From Synergistaceae bacterium (GTDB taxonomy: Bacteria > Synergistota > Synergistia > Synergistales > 79-D21): DNA of 64,000 bases. The translations under genes were made by a program, and so were the position numbers. A model generated the notes under the pieces. It saw only the letters and a program-made list of their open reading frames with translations, was not told the origin of the DNA and made no database searches. The stretch covers positions 2,589 through 66,588 of the forward strand of contig JAJUIT010000001.1 in the NCBI GenBank assembly GCA_029267465.1, read 5' to 3'. Numbering within the stretch: the stretch's first letter is position 1; each line of letters begins with the position of its first letter. This document shows, in pieces, positions 34,745 through 43,579 of this stretch.

Positions 34745-35500
34745 TCAGGCGATTCTCCAGATTTCCGTGCAAAAACCAGGATGATACTCCGGTTTCACCG
34801 AAAAGGACGAGGTGGCCCGAAGGAGAAGGGCATTGAGCCTCGTCAGGCTTGAGAGATGGGGCTTCTCCGGCCCAACCGAAAGGAAAGCCATGACGAATTC
34901 CTTCATCTTCCCTTCCGGAAGCCCTGTCGCTCCGAAAAAGCGAATCCGCGTCGCGGAAACGAGGGCGATCTCAAGCATGCCGGCGAGGTCCTCTTCCGCA
35001 AAACCGCCAGCGACTTTTTCCAGGAAACAGGAGAACCTGGCTTCGATCGCCGTTCTTGCCTCGGAGGGGCATTGCTTCACCCACAGCGCCTGGGCAAACC
35101 AGGTTCTTGTGCAGGAAAGAACCGGCCAGATCTGCCTTACAAAGACCTTTTCAGGGAGGGCATCCGGCCCTTCCGCAAGCACGCAGGAAAAAAGCGGGTG
35201 AACGCGCTCCGCCAGCAAGGCGTGACAAAGAAACAGCGACTCGATCTCGGGGGCTGGATCCGAACCGAACGGAAAACTGAACAGGTGGCACCGCCGTACA
35301 GGGTCAAAGGAAACCTCCGGCCACTTCTCGCCTGAGGCAAGGGTTTCGATCTGCAGTTTCACGCGACTCCTCAACGACTCGCAACAAGACCGCACGGGGG
35401 CACACACCTCTTCTCTCTCAATCCGGGATTCCCTCCTAAAGGATCGGCAATGCCGGGCACAAAGAACAGGGGGGTTTTTTCCGGGATCCACGACTTCCAT
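34745..35500 (-). CDS. Hypothetical Cys-rich protein (about 251 aa), first gene of the flgB-containing operon
   Basis: This is the 3' part of track ORF 34745..36130. The segment upstream of 35500 is antisense to motA and junk-like. ATG 35500 is preceded by AAGGGGAAG. Protein-like sequence: KWPEVSFDPVRRCHLFSFPFGSDPAPEIESLFLCHALLAERVHPLF...EDLAGMLEIALVSATRIRFFGATGLPEGKMKEFVMAFL. No family recognised and the start is uncertain. Confidence 0.4.
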   Translation of the reverse strand: MEVVDPGKNPPVLCARHCRSFRRESRIEREEVCAPVRSCCESLRSRVKLQIETLASGEKWPEVSFDPVRRCHLFSFPFGSDPAPEIESLFLCHALLAERVHPLFSCVLAEGPDALPEKVFVRQIWPVLSCTRTWFAQALWVKQCPSEARTAIEARFSCFLEKVAGGFAEEDLAGMLEIALVSATRIRFFGATGLPEGKMKEFVMAFLSVGPEKPHLSSLTRLNALLLRATSSFSVKPEYHPGFCTEIWRIA

Positions 35501-35567
35501 ACTTCCCCTTGGAGTTCGGCTCTCAAAGGGGAGAAACGGGGAACCCCGCTGAAAGAGGTGAAAATCC

Positions 35568-36398
35568 ATGGATCTTTTTGCTGTCCTCAGTTTGGCCGCC
35601 ACGGTGGCCGTCGTGGTGGGGGCGATTGTTCTTGGCGGGTCCCCCGGGGCTTTCATCAACATCCCTTCGGTCCTCATCACGATCGGGGGGACCCTCGGAG
35701 CCGTGGCCGTTGCGACCCCGGTCGAAGAGATCAAGAAACTGCCGCAAACCTTGCGGTTGGCTTTTTCCAGGAAGAAAGAACAGGACCTGTTGCCGATCAT
35801 GCGGTCGATGATCGAGCTCGCCCGCAAGGCACGGGCCGAAGGCCTGCTGGCCCTCGAAGAGGAAGTCAACCGGATTGAGGACACCTTCATCCGGAAATCC
35901 ACGCAGCTGGTGATCGACGGAACTCCCCCCGAGCTCGTCCAGTCGATCATGGAAGCGGAAATCGCTCTCCAGGAAGAGCAGGGAGCCGCGAGCCGGAGGA
36001 TCTTTGACCTCATGGCGGAGCTTGCGCCGGCTTTCGGCATGCTCGGGACCCTCATCGGCCTGATCCAGATGCTCCGGCACCTGGATTCCCCGGAAGCCCT
36101 CGGCCCGGGGATGGCCGTTGCCCTGATCACGACCCTCTACGGTTCGTTCATCGCAAACGTGTTCGCGATCCCCGTTTCTCGGAAGCTGGCGAACCAGACC
36201 GCGGAGAAAGTGAAATTCATGGAAGTGATCGTGGAAGGGATCTTGGCCATCCAGGCAGGAGAAAACCCCCGCATCGTGGAGGAAAAGCTCAAGGTCTTCC
36301 TTCCGCCCGAAAAAAGACAGTCCCTGCGGGGGACTGGGAAACCAGCCAAGGGCGAAGGAAAAGCCTCTTCCGCCGGTCTCAAGGAGCAAGCGGCATAA
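35568..36398 (+). CDS. motA: Flagellar stator protein MotA
   Basis: RBS AAAGAGGTG. MDLFAVLSLAATVAVVVGAIVLGG...INIPSVLITIGGTLGA...FGMLGTLIGLIQML...MAVALITTLYGSFIANVFAIPVSRKL. Confidence 0.9.
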   Translation: MDLFAVLSLAATVAVVVGAIVLGGSPGAFINIPSVLITIGGTLGAVAVATPVEEIKKLPQTLRLAFSRKKEQDLLPIMRSMIELARKARAEGLLALEEEVNRIEDTFIRKSTQLVIDGTPPELVQSIMEAEIALQEEQGAASRRIFDLMAELAPAFGMLGTLIGLIQMLRHLDSPEALGPGMAVALITTLYGSFIANVFAIPVSRKLANQTAEKVKFMEVIVEGILAIQAGENPRIVEEKLKVFLPPEKRQSLRGTGKPAKGEGKASSAGLKEQAA

Positions 36399-36407
36399 AC
36401 CAGATCC

Positions 36408-38246
36408 TCAAAAGGGAAGAAGGAACCCCTCCCAGAAAGGAAGGTTTCCTTCCAGGACTCGCCGTCCTTCCCTTCCAAGGACCACGATTCCCTCCTGTTC
36501 GCCCTGGGAGGGAACCTCGATCGTCGCCTTTTTCGGGTTAAGCTCCAGGACGCCGGCCCCCTCAAGCCGCTTCGCCTCTTCGTTCGAGAAAACGACCCTG
36601 CCTCCCGTCATTTCTGCCAGCCGGACCAGTTCCCGCGGGCAAGGCCCCCTGTCCGCTAGGATATGAAGGGCAACGCTGTTGGCCAGGGCGAAGTCACCGA
36701 TCCTGCACAGAACCTCCGGTTTCAGGGGGATCCAGGAGGCCCTCAGAAGGAGCCCGTCCGTTTTTCGAAGGGACTCGAAGCTTTCCGGGCGATCCCAGTC
36801 CGGGCTGGCTGCAGGCAGGAAAACACCCCCGGCTTTTTCCGAGATTTCCATTTCGACAGATCGGCCGTTAAGCACCCCCGCCAGGATCATCTCGGGACGG
36901 GTCCCATCATCAAGTGGCCGAAGTACCCTCGCCTTGAGACCGTTGCTTCCCTTTCGCAAAGCAGGGGAAGACTTCTCTTCCCGAGGGACAGTGACTCGCA
37001 AGGAGAGAAATCCCTCCTTCGAAAACGCTTCGAACCGGGCATGACGCATGAACCGGGTGTCCGTCACCCCAAACCGGTTCATCCCCTCCCGGAAAAGAAA
37101 CCAGGCTTCGGGGAAAAGCAGACCGATCCGCACCTTTCTGTTTCCTTCCTTCGAGAGGGCAAGAAGCTCCCCTTCTTCGCTAAGGACCAGGAGCAATCCG
37201 GAATTCGCCCATTCGAGAGCCCGAGGATGACCTGGTACGGGAATCCTCGCTCGGAGGAGGCGTTCCGCGACATCAAGCAGGAAAACCTCTTTCCCCTTCC
37301 TGTCCGCGATCGCCAGGAGGTTCCCGGAAGCCGACAGGCAGACCGGTTCTCCGAAAGGGGCGGGGAGTTTCCATTCCCATACGGTCTTGCCATTCTTCGA
37401 GTCAAGCGCGCGGATCGTTCTTTGCAGCCGGTCTGAAACCGCCAGCATCCCCGGGGCAAGCCAAACCGCGTCGGAAATCGCCGCTGCCGGGCTTTTCCAC
37501 TGGCCAAGGATTTCGATGGCCCTTTTTTTCAGCCCAGCCTGGACTCCCCTTCCGTCCGAAAACACGAAAAGCAGGGTTCCATCCCAATCGGGAAGAACCC
37601 GCACCAGCTTCTTTTCCAATTTTCCGCGGAAGACCCGATCCCACTTCCCGCCCTGGGTCTGGAAGACCCAGAAGTGTCCCGTGGCTGCATCCCCGAAGGC
37701 CAGCAGCCCCTGGTTCCAGGAAGGCCGGATCGGCAGGCGCAGGGCAGAGGCCCCAGGACCGAGATCTGTTCTCATGGAGGAGATCTCCGAAAGGGCAATT
37801 TCGGAAGGCGGACCCTCCCGCAGGGAAGTCCGGACAAAACGGACACGCTTTTCCAGCGCAGCCTGGAGCCCCATGCCGATCGGGTCGCCCGGACGGACCT
37901 CCAGGTAGCGTTTAAAGTCCTTATTTGCCTGTTCAACATCTCCCAGAAGGGAGGAGATGTAGCCGCGAAGAAGGTAAAAATCGACCAGATAAGGATCGTA
38001 TCGAAGGGATTCCAGCAGCACCCGGAGGGCCTCGGCCAGGCGTCCTTCGTTCAGGTTTCTGTAAGCATCCCGGAAAAGGGCTCCCCCAAGGGTCCTGTCG
38101 GCGGGCGGCAACACGGGTGGGCTTGAAGAACCGGCAAAAGTCCCCGCCGGACCCGGTAGCACCGCCAGCCAGGCTGCAATCCAAAGAAGCAGCCGTCGTC
38201 CGCGTTTGAGAATCTGAAAGCCGTCCTTCCGTTTGGTATCCTTCAC
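36408..38246 (-). CDS. Secreted TPR plus beta-rich (propeller-like?) protein, 612 aa, coupled to cheA
   Basis: The GTG start overlaps the cheA TGA (GTGA). Signal-like RRLLLWIAAWLAVLPGPAGTFAG. TPR-like FRDAYRNLNEGRLAEALRVLLESLRYDPYLVDFYLLRGYISSLLGDVEQANKDFKRYLEVRPGDP. Beyond that are repeated beta-strand-like segments (GKTVWEWKLPAPFGEPVCLSASGNLLAIADRKGKEVFLLD). Confidence 0.6.
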   Translation of the reverse strand: MKDTKRKDGFQILKRGRRLLLWIAAWLAVLPGPAGTFAGSSSPPVLPPADRTLGGALFRDAYRNLNEGRLAEALRVLLESLRYDPYLVDFYLLRGYISSLLGDVEQANKDFKRYLEVRPGDPIGMGLQAALEKRVRFVRTSLREGPPSEIALSEISSMRTDLGPGASALRLPIRPSWNQGLLAFGDAATGHFWVFQTQGGKWDRVFRGKLEKKLVRVLPDWDGTLLFVFSDGRGVQAGLKKRAIEILGQWKSPAAAISDAVWLAPGMLAVSDRLQRTIRALDSKNGKTVWEWKLPAPFGEPVCLSASGNLLAIADRKGKEVFLLDVAERLLRARIPVPGHPRALEWANSGLLLVLSEEGELLALSKEGNRKVRIGLLFPEAWFLFREGMNRFGVTDTRFMRHARFEAFSKEGFLSLRVTVPREEKSSPALRKGSNGLKARVLRPLDDGTRPEMILAGVLNGRSVEMEISEKAGGVFLPAASPDWDRPESFESLRKTDGLLLRASWIPLKPEVLCRIGDFALANSVALHILADRGPCPRELVRLAEMTGGRVVFSNEEAKRLEGAGVLELNPKKATIEVPSQGEQEGIVVLGREGRRVLEGNLPFWEGFLLPF

Positions 38247-40153
38247 GAACCTTCTTCTACCGCCGCTGGGTCGATGATCAAAGCGACGCTGCCGTCACCG
38301 AGAATCGTTCCCCCCGAAAACCACCGGATCCTGGATATCCCGGTGTTCCCGAAGTTCTTGATGACGATTTCCTGTTGCCCGATGAAGTCGTCAACGATGA
38401 ACCCGATTCTCCGGAAACCCGTCCTCACGACCACCACTGCCCGGGTGCCGGTTTCCTCCCTCGGCTTCAGGCCATAGCGAACGCGGGCGTCGACCAGGGG
38501 TAAAACCTGGTCACGGAGCATCGTGACCAGCTTCCCGTTCACAGGCTTAACCTCATCTTCACCGACTCGCAGCGTTTCGTCTACGCTTTCCAGGGGGATC
38601 GCGTAGATGCGGCTGTCGATCTTCACCAGAAGCGCAAGGACGATGGCCAGCGTGATGGGCAGACGGATTTTGACCGTCGACCCCTGCCCGAAGACCGACT
38701 CCATCGTCAATCGGCCTCCCAGGGATTCCACCTTCGTCTTCACGGCATCCATCCCTACACCCCGGCCGGACAGTTCGGTGACCTGCTCCGAGGTGCTGAA
38801 ACCGGGAATGAACAAAAACTGGAAAAGCTCCCTGTCCGTGATGGTTTCCGCCCTTTCCGGCGAAAGGAACCCGCCTTCCAGGGCCTTCCGCAGGACCTTT
38901 TCCCTGTCGACCCCCCGACCGTCGTCCTCGACGCTTACGACAACGCTGCTGCCGTCCTGGAAAGCCCGGATCTGAACCCGGCCGGTCTCAGGCTTTCCCG
39001 CGAGAATCCGTTCCGAGGGGGGCTCAATCCCGTGATCCAAGCTATTGCGGATCAAGTGGACCATCGGCTCGCCGATCTCCTCGATTACCCGCCGGTCCAG
39101 TTCTGTCTCGCGTCCCTCCATTTCCAGGGAAACCTTTTTGCCCAGTTCCTGAGAGAGGTCGCGAACCAGCCTGGGGAACCGGTCGAAGATAAACCCGATC
39201 GGCTGCATTCGAAGCTTGGTGACGAGATCCTGGATTTCCTTGGTGATCCGGCTGAGCTGCAGGATCGGTTCCTCAAACTCCCGGTGTTCCCCGCTTCGGG
39301 CCAGGCGCTCGATCCGGGACTTGCCGATGACAAGCTCTCCGACCAGGTTGAGCAGGCTGTCCATTTTCTGGACGTCAATTCTTACCGTACGGCCCACTTT
39401 CAGGTGCTTCAAGTCTCCGTCATCGGCGGTCGGCTGGCCCGCGACGGTTGCGGCCGCCCCGGGGGTGGCGGGAACCGCTTCCTGCACCTCCGTGATCTCG
39501 CACCTCTCCACCTCGCTGACCGCCAGCACCGCTTCCTGGATCCGCTCCCGCGGGAGTTCGCTTTCCAGGAAAAGCTCAAAGCTTTGCCCCGGGAAATCTC
39601 CCTCCAGGAGGGTTTTCTGGGGAGGAGACGTTTCGACCACCTTTCCCAACGGCGATAGCTCCTCCAGCACCATGAAGGCCCTGGCTCCCTTCAGCACGCA
39701 GTCGGGCCTTAGCGAAACGGTCAGCTTTCGGATCCCTTTCGTTTCAAAGCCGGGAGTTTTTTCCACGGATCGAAGGAGAGCCCGAAGCTGCTCGATCAGC
39801 TCCGCGGTTTCCACTCCCTCGTCGCCCCTTCCCCGCCGGATCTCACCGATCTGGACGGTCAGAGCATCCAGGCAGCGGAACAGAAGCGTGGCGTCTTCCT
39901 TCCTCCTTAAACGGAGGCTGCCCGCCCGTACCGCATCGAACACGTCCTCCATGGCGTGGGTCAGGGCGGCCATGGCGTTGAAGCCCATCGTCGCCGCCAT
40001 CCCCTTGAGCGTGTGAGCTACCCGGAAGATTTCGTCGATCACTCCAGCATCCCCGGCTTCCAGGGCCAAAAGCGCATCGCTCAATTTCTGGAGGTTTTCT
40101 TCGGTTTCGTCGATGAACGGTCCCAGGTAATCGTTCAGATCCACTTGAACCAT
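38243..40153 (-). CDS. cheA: Chemotaxis histidine kinase CheA
   Basis: HPt domain (IFRVAHTLKGMAATMGF), dimerisation and HATPase domains (HLIRNSLDHGIE...VEDDGRGVD...SGRGVGMDAVK), and a C-terminal CheW-like domain. Confidence 0.95.
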   Translation of the reverse strand: MVQVDLNDYLGPFIDETEENLQKLSDALLALEAGDAGVIDEIFRVAHTLKGMAATMGFNAMAALTHAMEDVFDAVRAGSLRLRRKEDATLLFRCLDALTVQIGEIRRGRGDEGVETAELIEQLRALLRSVEKTPGFETKGIRKLTVSLRPDCVLKGARAFMVLEELSPLGKVVETSPPQKTLLEGDFPGQSFELFLESELPRERIQEAVLAVSEVERCEITEVQEAVPATPGAAATVAGQPTADDGDLKHLKVGRTVRIDVQKMDSLLNLVGELVIGKSRIERLARSGEHREFEEPILQLSRITKEIQDLVTKLRMQPIGFIFDRFPRLVRDLSQELGKKVSLEMEGRETELDRRVIEEIGEPMVHLIRNSLDHGIEPPSERILAGKPETGRVQIRAFQDGSSVVVSVEDDGRGVDREKVLRKALEGGFLSPERAETITDRELFQFLFIPGFSTSEQVTELSGRGVGMDAVKTKVESLGGRLTMESVFGQGSTVKIRLPITLAIVLALLVKIDSRIYAIPLESVDETLRVGEDEVKPVNGKLVTMLRDQVLPLVDARVRYGLKPREETGTRAVVVVRTGFRRIGFIVDDFIGQQEIVIKNFGNTGISRIRWFSGGTILGDGSVALIIDPAAVEEGS

Positions 40154-40210
40154 CGCCCTTCCAATCCAAATCTTTGGCTGCTTTCGAGATCCGTGGCCGC
40201 CCTGCCGGGG

Positions 40211-40606
40211 TCAGTCCTCTTTTTCCCGTTGCCGTCTCCGATTGAAAAACATGCCTTCTCCGGAAACCGGGTTTTTCTCCCCCAGTCCTTTCAGCCGGCG
40301 GAGCTCCTCGCTGAATTCGGCGGCAAGGCGGGCACGATTCAAGTTCTCAGCGGACGAATCTCCTTCCCGCCGTTCGAGGAGTCCTTCCTCCACCAGGATC
40401 TGGATAAAGCGGGGATCTTCGCCAAGAGTCTCCGCAAGGTCCAGGCTTGACAGGTGGCCTTGGGCCTTCCCTTCGCGGAGCTTCCGGCGAGCCCGCGCGT
40501 GAATCTCGTCCAGTTTCCGGCGACACTTCTCGCAAAGGCGAAGAGTTCCAGAGCCGATGTAGAGCTCTCCGCAAATCCGGCAGTTGTCGAGGCTTGGAAA
40601 GCTCAT
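40211..40606 (-). CDS. YvyF-like flagellar operon zinc-ribbon protein (TIGR03826-like)
   Basis: ATG 40606 lies 5 nt after GGAGGTG; the track ORF extends to 40693. CxxC...CxxC ribbon (NCRICGELYIGSGTLRLCEKCRRKL), then LDLAETLGEDPRFIQILVEEGLL, matching the architecture of Bacillus YvyF-type proteins. Confidence 0.55.
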   Translation of the reverse strand: MSFPSLDNCRICGELYIGSGTLRLCEKCRRKLDEIHARARRKLREGKAQGHLSSLDLAETLGEDPRFIQILVEEGLLERREGDSSAENLNRARLAAEFSEELRRLKGLGEKNPVSGEGMFFNRRRQREKED

Positions 40607-40689
40607 GAGCCACCTCCGGTCCGAATTTCTCTCTCCCGCAGGAAAGTATAGGGGCCGAAGCGTGAAGAAACGGCCGTTTCTCTGCCAAT

Positions 40690-41412
40690 TCACGGTTCTC
40701 CCGAAAGAATGACCAGGTCCACCCGCCGGTTCATTTGTCGATGCTCCGGGGTGTCGTTCGGCATCAGCGGCCGTGTGGAGCCGAAACCTACGGCCTGCAG
40801 CCTCCTGGGACTGATTCCGCCGGAAGTCTCCAGGAAAAAGATGAGGCGGGAAGCCCGCAAGGCAGAGAGAGCCCAGTTGTCCCGAACAAAGCCTTCCCGG
40901 TTCAGAGGCTGGTCGTCCGTATGCCCTTCCGCGGAAAGGCCGTCGGGAAAGGTCTTCAGCACTTCCGACAAGGCCAGGAGGAAGGGTTTTGCTTTTGCGG
41001 ACAGCTCGTATTGGCCGCTTCCGAAAAGAATGCTTTCCGATATGGAAACGACGATCCCGCGTTGCTCGACGAACACTTGCACTTCGTTCTCAAGCCCTTT
41101 TTCGCGGATAAGAGCCTGAAGACTCTGGGCTACCTTGAGCAAATCCTTCGTGGACCTCTTGGAATCACCGGCGTCCTGCAGCTTCGAACCGGAAAAAGTC
41201 CTTTTTTCCTGCTGGTAGCTCTTCCCTCCATCGATCAGCCCCACCGCCCCACGAAAGGAAAGGAGCAGTTTTTCGAACTTCATGATGTCGATCGTGGAAA
41301 ACGAGTAGAGAAGCACGAAAAACGTCAGGATCAGGGTCACCATATCCCCGTAGGTGGTGAGCCAGTTCCCGGATCGAGGTTCCTCAGGTTTCTTCCTCCT
41401 GAAACGTCCCAT
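40690..41412 (-). CDS. motB: Flagellar stator protein MotB
   Basis: NWLTTYGDMVTLILTFFVLLYSFS (TM segment with the conserved Asp) plus an OmpA-like C-terminus: AEGHTDDQP...DNWALSALRASRLIFFL...GFGSTRP...NRRVDLVI. Confidence 0.9.
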   Translation of the reverse strand: MGRFRRKKPEEPRSGNWLTTYGDMVTLILTFFVLLYSFSTIDIMKFEKLLLSFRGAVGLIDGGKSYQQEKRTFSGSKLQDAGDSKRSTKDLLKVAQSLQALIREKGLENEVQVFVEQRGIVVSISESILFGSGQYELSAKAKPFLLALSEVLKTFPDGLSAEGHTDDQPLNREGFVRDNWALSALRASRLIFFLETSGGISPRRLQAVGFGSTRPLMPNDTPEHRQMNRRVDLVILSGEP

Positions 41413-41430
41413 GCCTCGTCCCTTTGCTTT

Positions 41431-43557
41431 CTACTCGACGACACCCACGGTCGAAAGGCGGATATCCCGGGGAATCTCGCTGTAAGCCAGCACTACGACG
41501 TTCGGGAAAGTGCGGTCCAGGATTTTCCGGACAAAAAAGCGCACCTCGGGATGGACCAGGAGGACCTGGGGAAGATTTTCCCGAACGAGGGACACCGTCG
41601 CCTGCCCCACTGCCGAGGCGAACCGCTGGATTGCCTCGGGGGCCATCTTGATCCTCCACCCCTCCACGAGGTTCCCCTGGACCGAATCCCGGATCTCCCT
41701 CTCCCAGACAGGCGAGAGGGTCACCGCGGTCAGCTCTCCTTTCCCTTCATCGATCAGCGGGGTGACGATGGCACGGCAAAGGGCCTCGCGGACCTTTTCC
41801 GACAGGAAATCATGGCTTGCCGTTGTTTTCCCGAAATCGGCAAGGACCTCGAAGATCCCGGCGAGGTCTCGGATCGGCACCTTTTCCCGCACCAGATTCT
41901 GAAGGACTTTTTGGACGTCCCCGATTCCAAGGGAACGAAGCATGTCCTCCACCACCGCCGGAGAGGTTTCCCGAACCATGTCGACCATGTTCTGAACCGT
42001 CTGGCGCGTCAGCAGGTCCGCCGCGTTGGCGCTCACGACAACCGAGAGGTGGGTCGCGAGGACGGAAGCCGCATCGACCACGGTGTATCCCAGTTCCTCC
42101 GCTTTCGCCCGGAGTTCTGGGGCAATCCAGAGAGCGTCAAGGCCGAAGGACGGGTCTTTTGTCGGGATGCCGACCAGATCGCCCCTGACGTTTCCCGTGT
42201 TGATCGCCAGGAAATGGTCAGGCAGAAGGTCCGCCTGTTTTTCCGGGACGCCCCTGACCTTGATCAGGTAGGAAGCCGGCTTCAACTGCAGGTTGTCCTT
42301 GATGCGAACGGGCGGGATGACGACTCCGAGATCTAGTGCCATCTGCCTCCTGAGCGTCTGGATACGGTCCAGGAGGTCCCCGCCCCGGGACGGTTCCACC
42401 ATGGGGATGAGAGCGTACCCGACCTCCAGCTCCAGCGGGTCCACCGCAAGCAGTTTCATCACGGATTCGAATCCGCTGCCCTCCGGCTTCTGGGGTGCGG
42501 CGCGGGAAGCCGACGCCCCCCCTGCCTCCTTCGATGCCTGTTTCGGCTCCGGTTTTGGCTTTGAGAGAGCCTCTTTCCGGCTGGCCTTGACCCACCGCCC
42601 CTGCAGCCAAAGAAAAAGAGCCAGGGTCACAAAGGGGATTTTCGGGAATCCGGGAACCACGGCCAGCGCAAGAAGCATGGCCGTCCCGATCCAGAGAGGA
42701 CGGTAATGGTTGGTGAGAGAGCGCATGATGTCCGTTCCCAGGTCGCTCTCCCCGGCGGAACGCGTCACGAGAATCCCCGTCGCGGTGGAAAGGAGCAGGG
42801 CCGGGATCTGGGCCACCAGGCCGTCGCCTACCGTGAGAAGGCTAAACTTCTGGGCCGCTTCCGCGAGCGTCAGGCCTTTCTGGAAAATCCCGATGCAAAT
42901 CCCGCCGATGATGTTGATCGTCGTGATGATCAAGCCGGCGATCGCATCCCCCTTGACGAACTTCGAAGCCCCGTCCATCGCCCCGAAGAAATCCGCTTCC
43001 CTCTGGACCCGCTTTCTGCGCTCCTTCGCCGTCTGTTCGTCGATCAGGCCGTTCCCGAGATCCGCATCGATCGCCATCTGCTTTCCAGGCATCCCGTCCA
43101 GCTGGAAACGGGCCTGGACTTCGGCGACCCGCTCGGCCCCCTTGGTGATGACGAGAAACTGGATCAGGACCAGGATCAGGAAAACGACTCCCCCGACGAC
43201 ATAATTCCCTCCCACCACGAAGTTCCCGAAGGCGTTGATCAGCCTGCCCGCGTAGCCCTGGAGGAGGATCAGGCGTGTGGTGGAAACATTCAGGGCGAGC
43301 CTGAAAAGCGTCGTTACCAGAAGCAGGGAGGGGAAGGCAGCGAGTTCGAGCGCGTTCTGGATATAGAACGTCGTCAGAAGGATCACGACCGCGAACGTGA
43401 TGTTCAGGGCAAGAAGGATGTCGAGAAGAACGGTTGGGAGCGGGATCACCATCATCGCCACGATGAGGACCACCAGGAGGGCGACCCCGACATCGGGATA
43501 GGCCGTCAGGCGCCCCATCGAGCTGATTTTCGCGCTTTTTGCCACGGAAGAGGCCAT
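41431..43557 (-). CDS. flhA: Flagellar export apparatus protein FlhA
   Basis: 708 aa. FPSLLLVTTLFRLALNVSTTRLIL...VVGGVVFLILVLIQFLVITKGAERVAEVQARFQLDGMPGKQMAIDADL... plus the cytoplasmic domain. Confidence 0.97.
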   Translation of the reverse strand: MASSVAKSAKISSMGRLTAYPDVGVALLVVLIVAMMVIPLPTVLLDILLALNITFAVVILLTTFYIQNALELAAFPSLLLVTTLFRLALNVSTTRLILLQGYAGRLINAFGNFVVGGNYVVGGVVFLILVLIQFLVITKGAERVAEVQARFQLDGMPGKQMAIDADLGNGLIDEQTAKERRKRVQREADFFGAMDGASKFVKGDAIAGLIITTINIIGGICIGIFQKGLTLAEAAQKFSLLTVGDGLVAQIPALLLSTATGILVTRSAGESDLGTDIMRSLTNHYRPLWIGTAMLLALAVVPGFPKIPFVTLALFLWLQGRWVKASRKEALSKPKPEPKQASKEAGGASASRAAPQKPEGSGFESVMKLLAVDPLELEVGYALIPMVEPSRGGDLLDRIQTLRRQMALDLGVVIPPVRIKDNLQLKPASYLIKVRGVPEKQADLLPDHFLAINTGNVRGDLVGIPTKDPSFGLDALWIAPELRAKAEELGYTVVDAASVLATHLSVVVSANAADLLTRQTVQNMVDMVRETSPAVVEDMLRSLGIGDVQKVLQNLVREKVPIRDLAGIFEVLADFGKTTASHDFLSEKVREALCRAIVTPLIDEGKGELTAVTLSPVWEREIRDSVQGNLVEGWRIKMAPEAIQRFASAVGQATVSLVRENLPQVLLVHPEVRFFVRKILDRTFPNVVVLAYSEIPRDIRLSTVGVVE

Positions 43558-43579
43558 CTCTCCGTTTCCCTCTTTCCGG

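Noticed and set aside
35501-36130. 5' two-thirds of the 461 aa minus-strand ORF 34745..36130
   Set aside because: It is antisense to motA and its translation is S/R/A-rich junk. Only the part downstream of ATG 35500 looks protein-like, so I truncated the call.
40735-42336. 533 aa plus-strand ORF spanning motB and flhA
   Set aside because: It is antisense to two genes with unmistakable MotB and FlhA sequences. Its translation is R/G/P/H-rich with no motifs. This is the typical long antisense ORF of GC-rich DNA.
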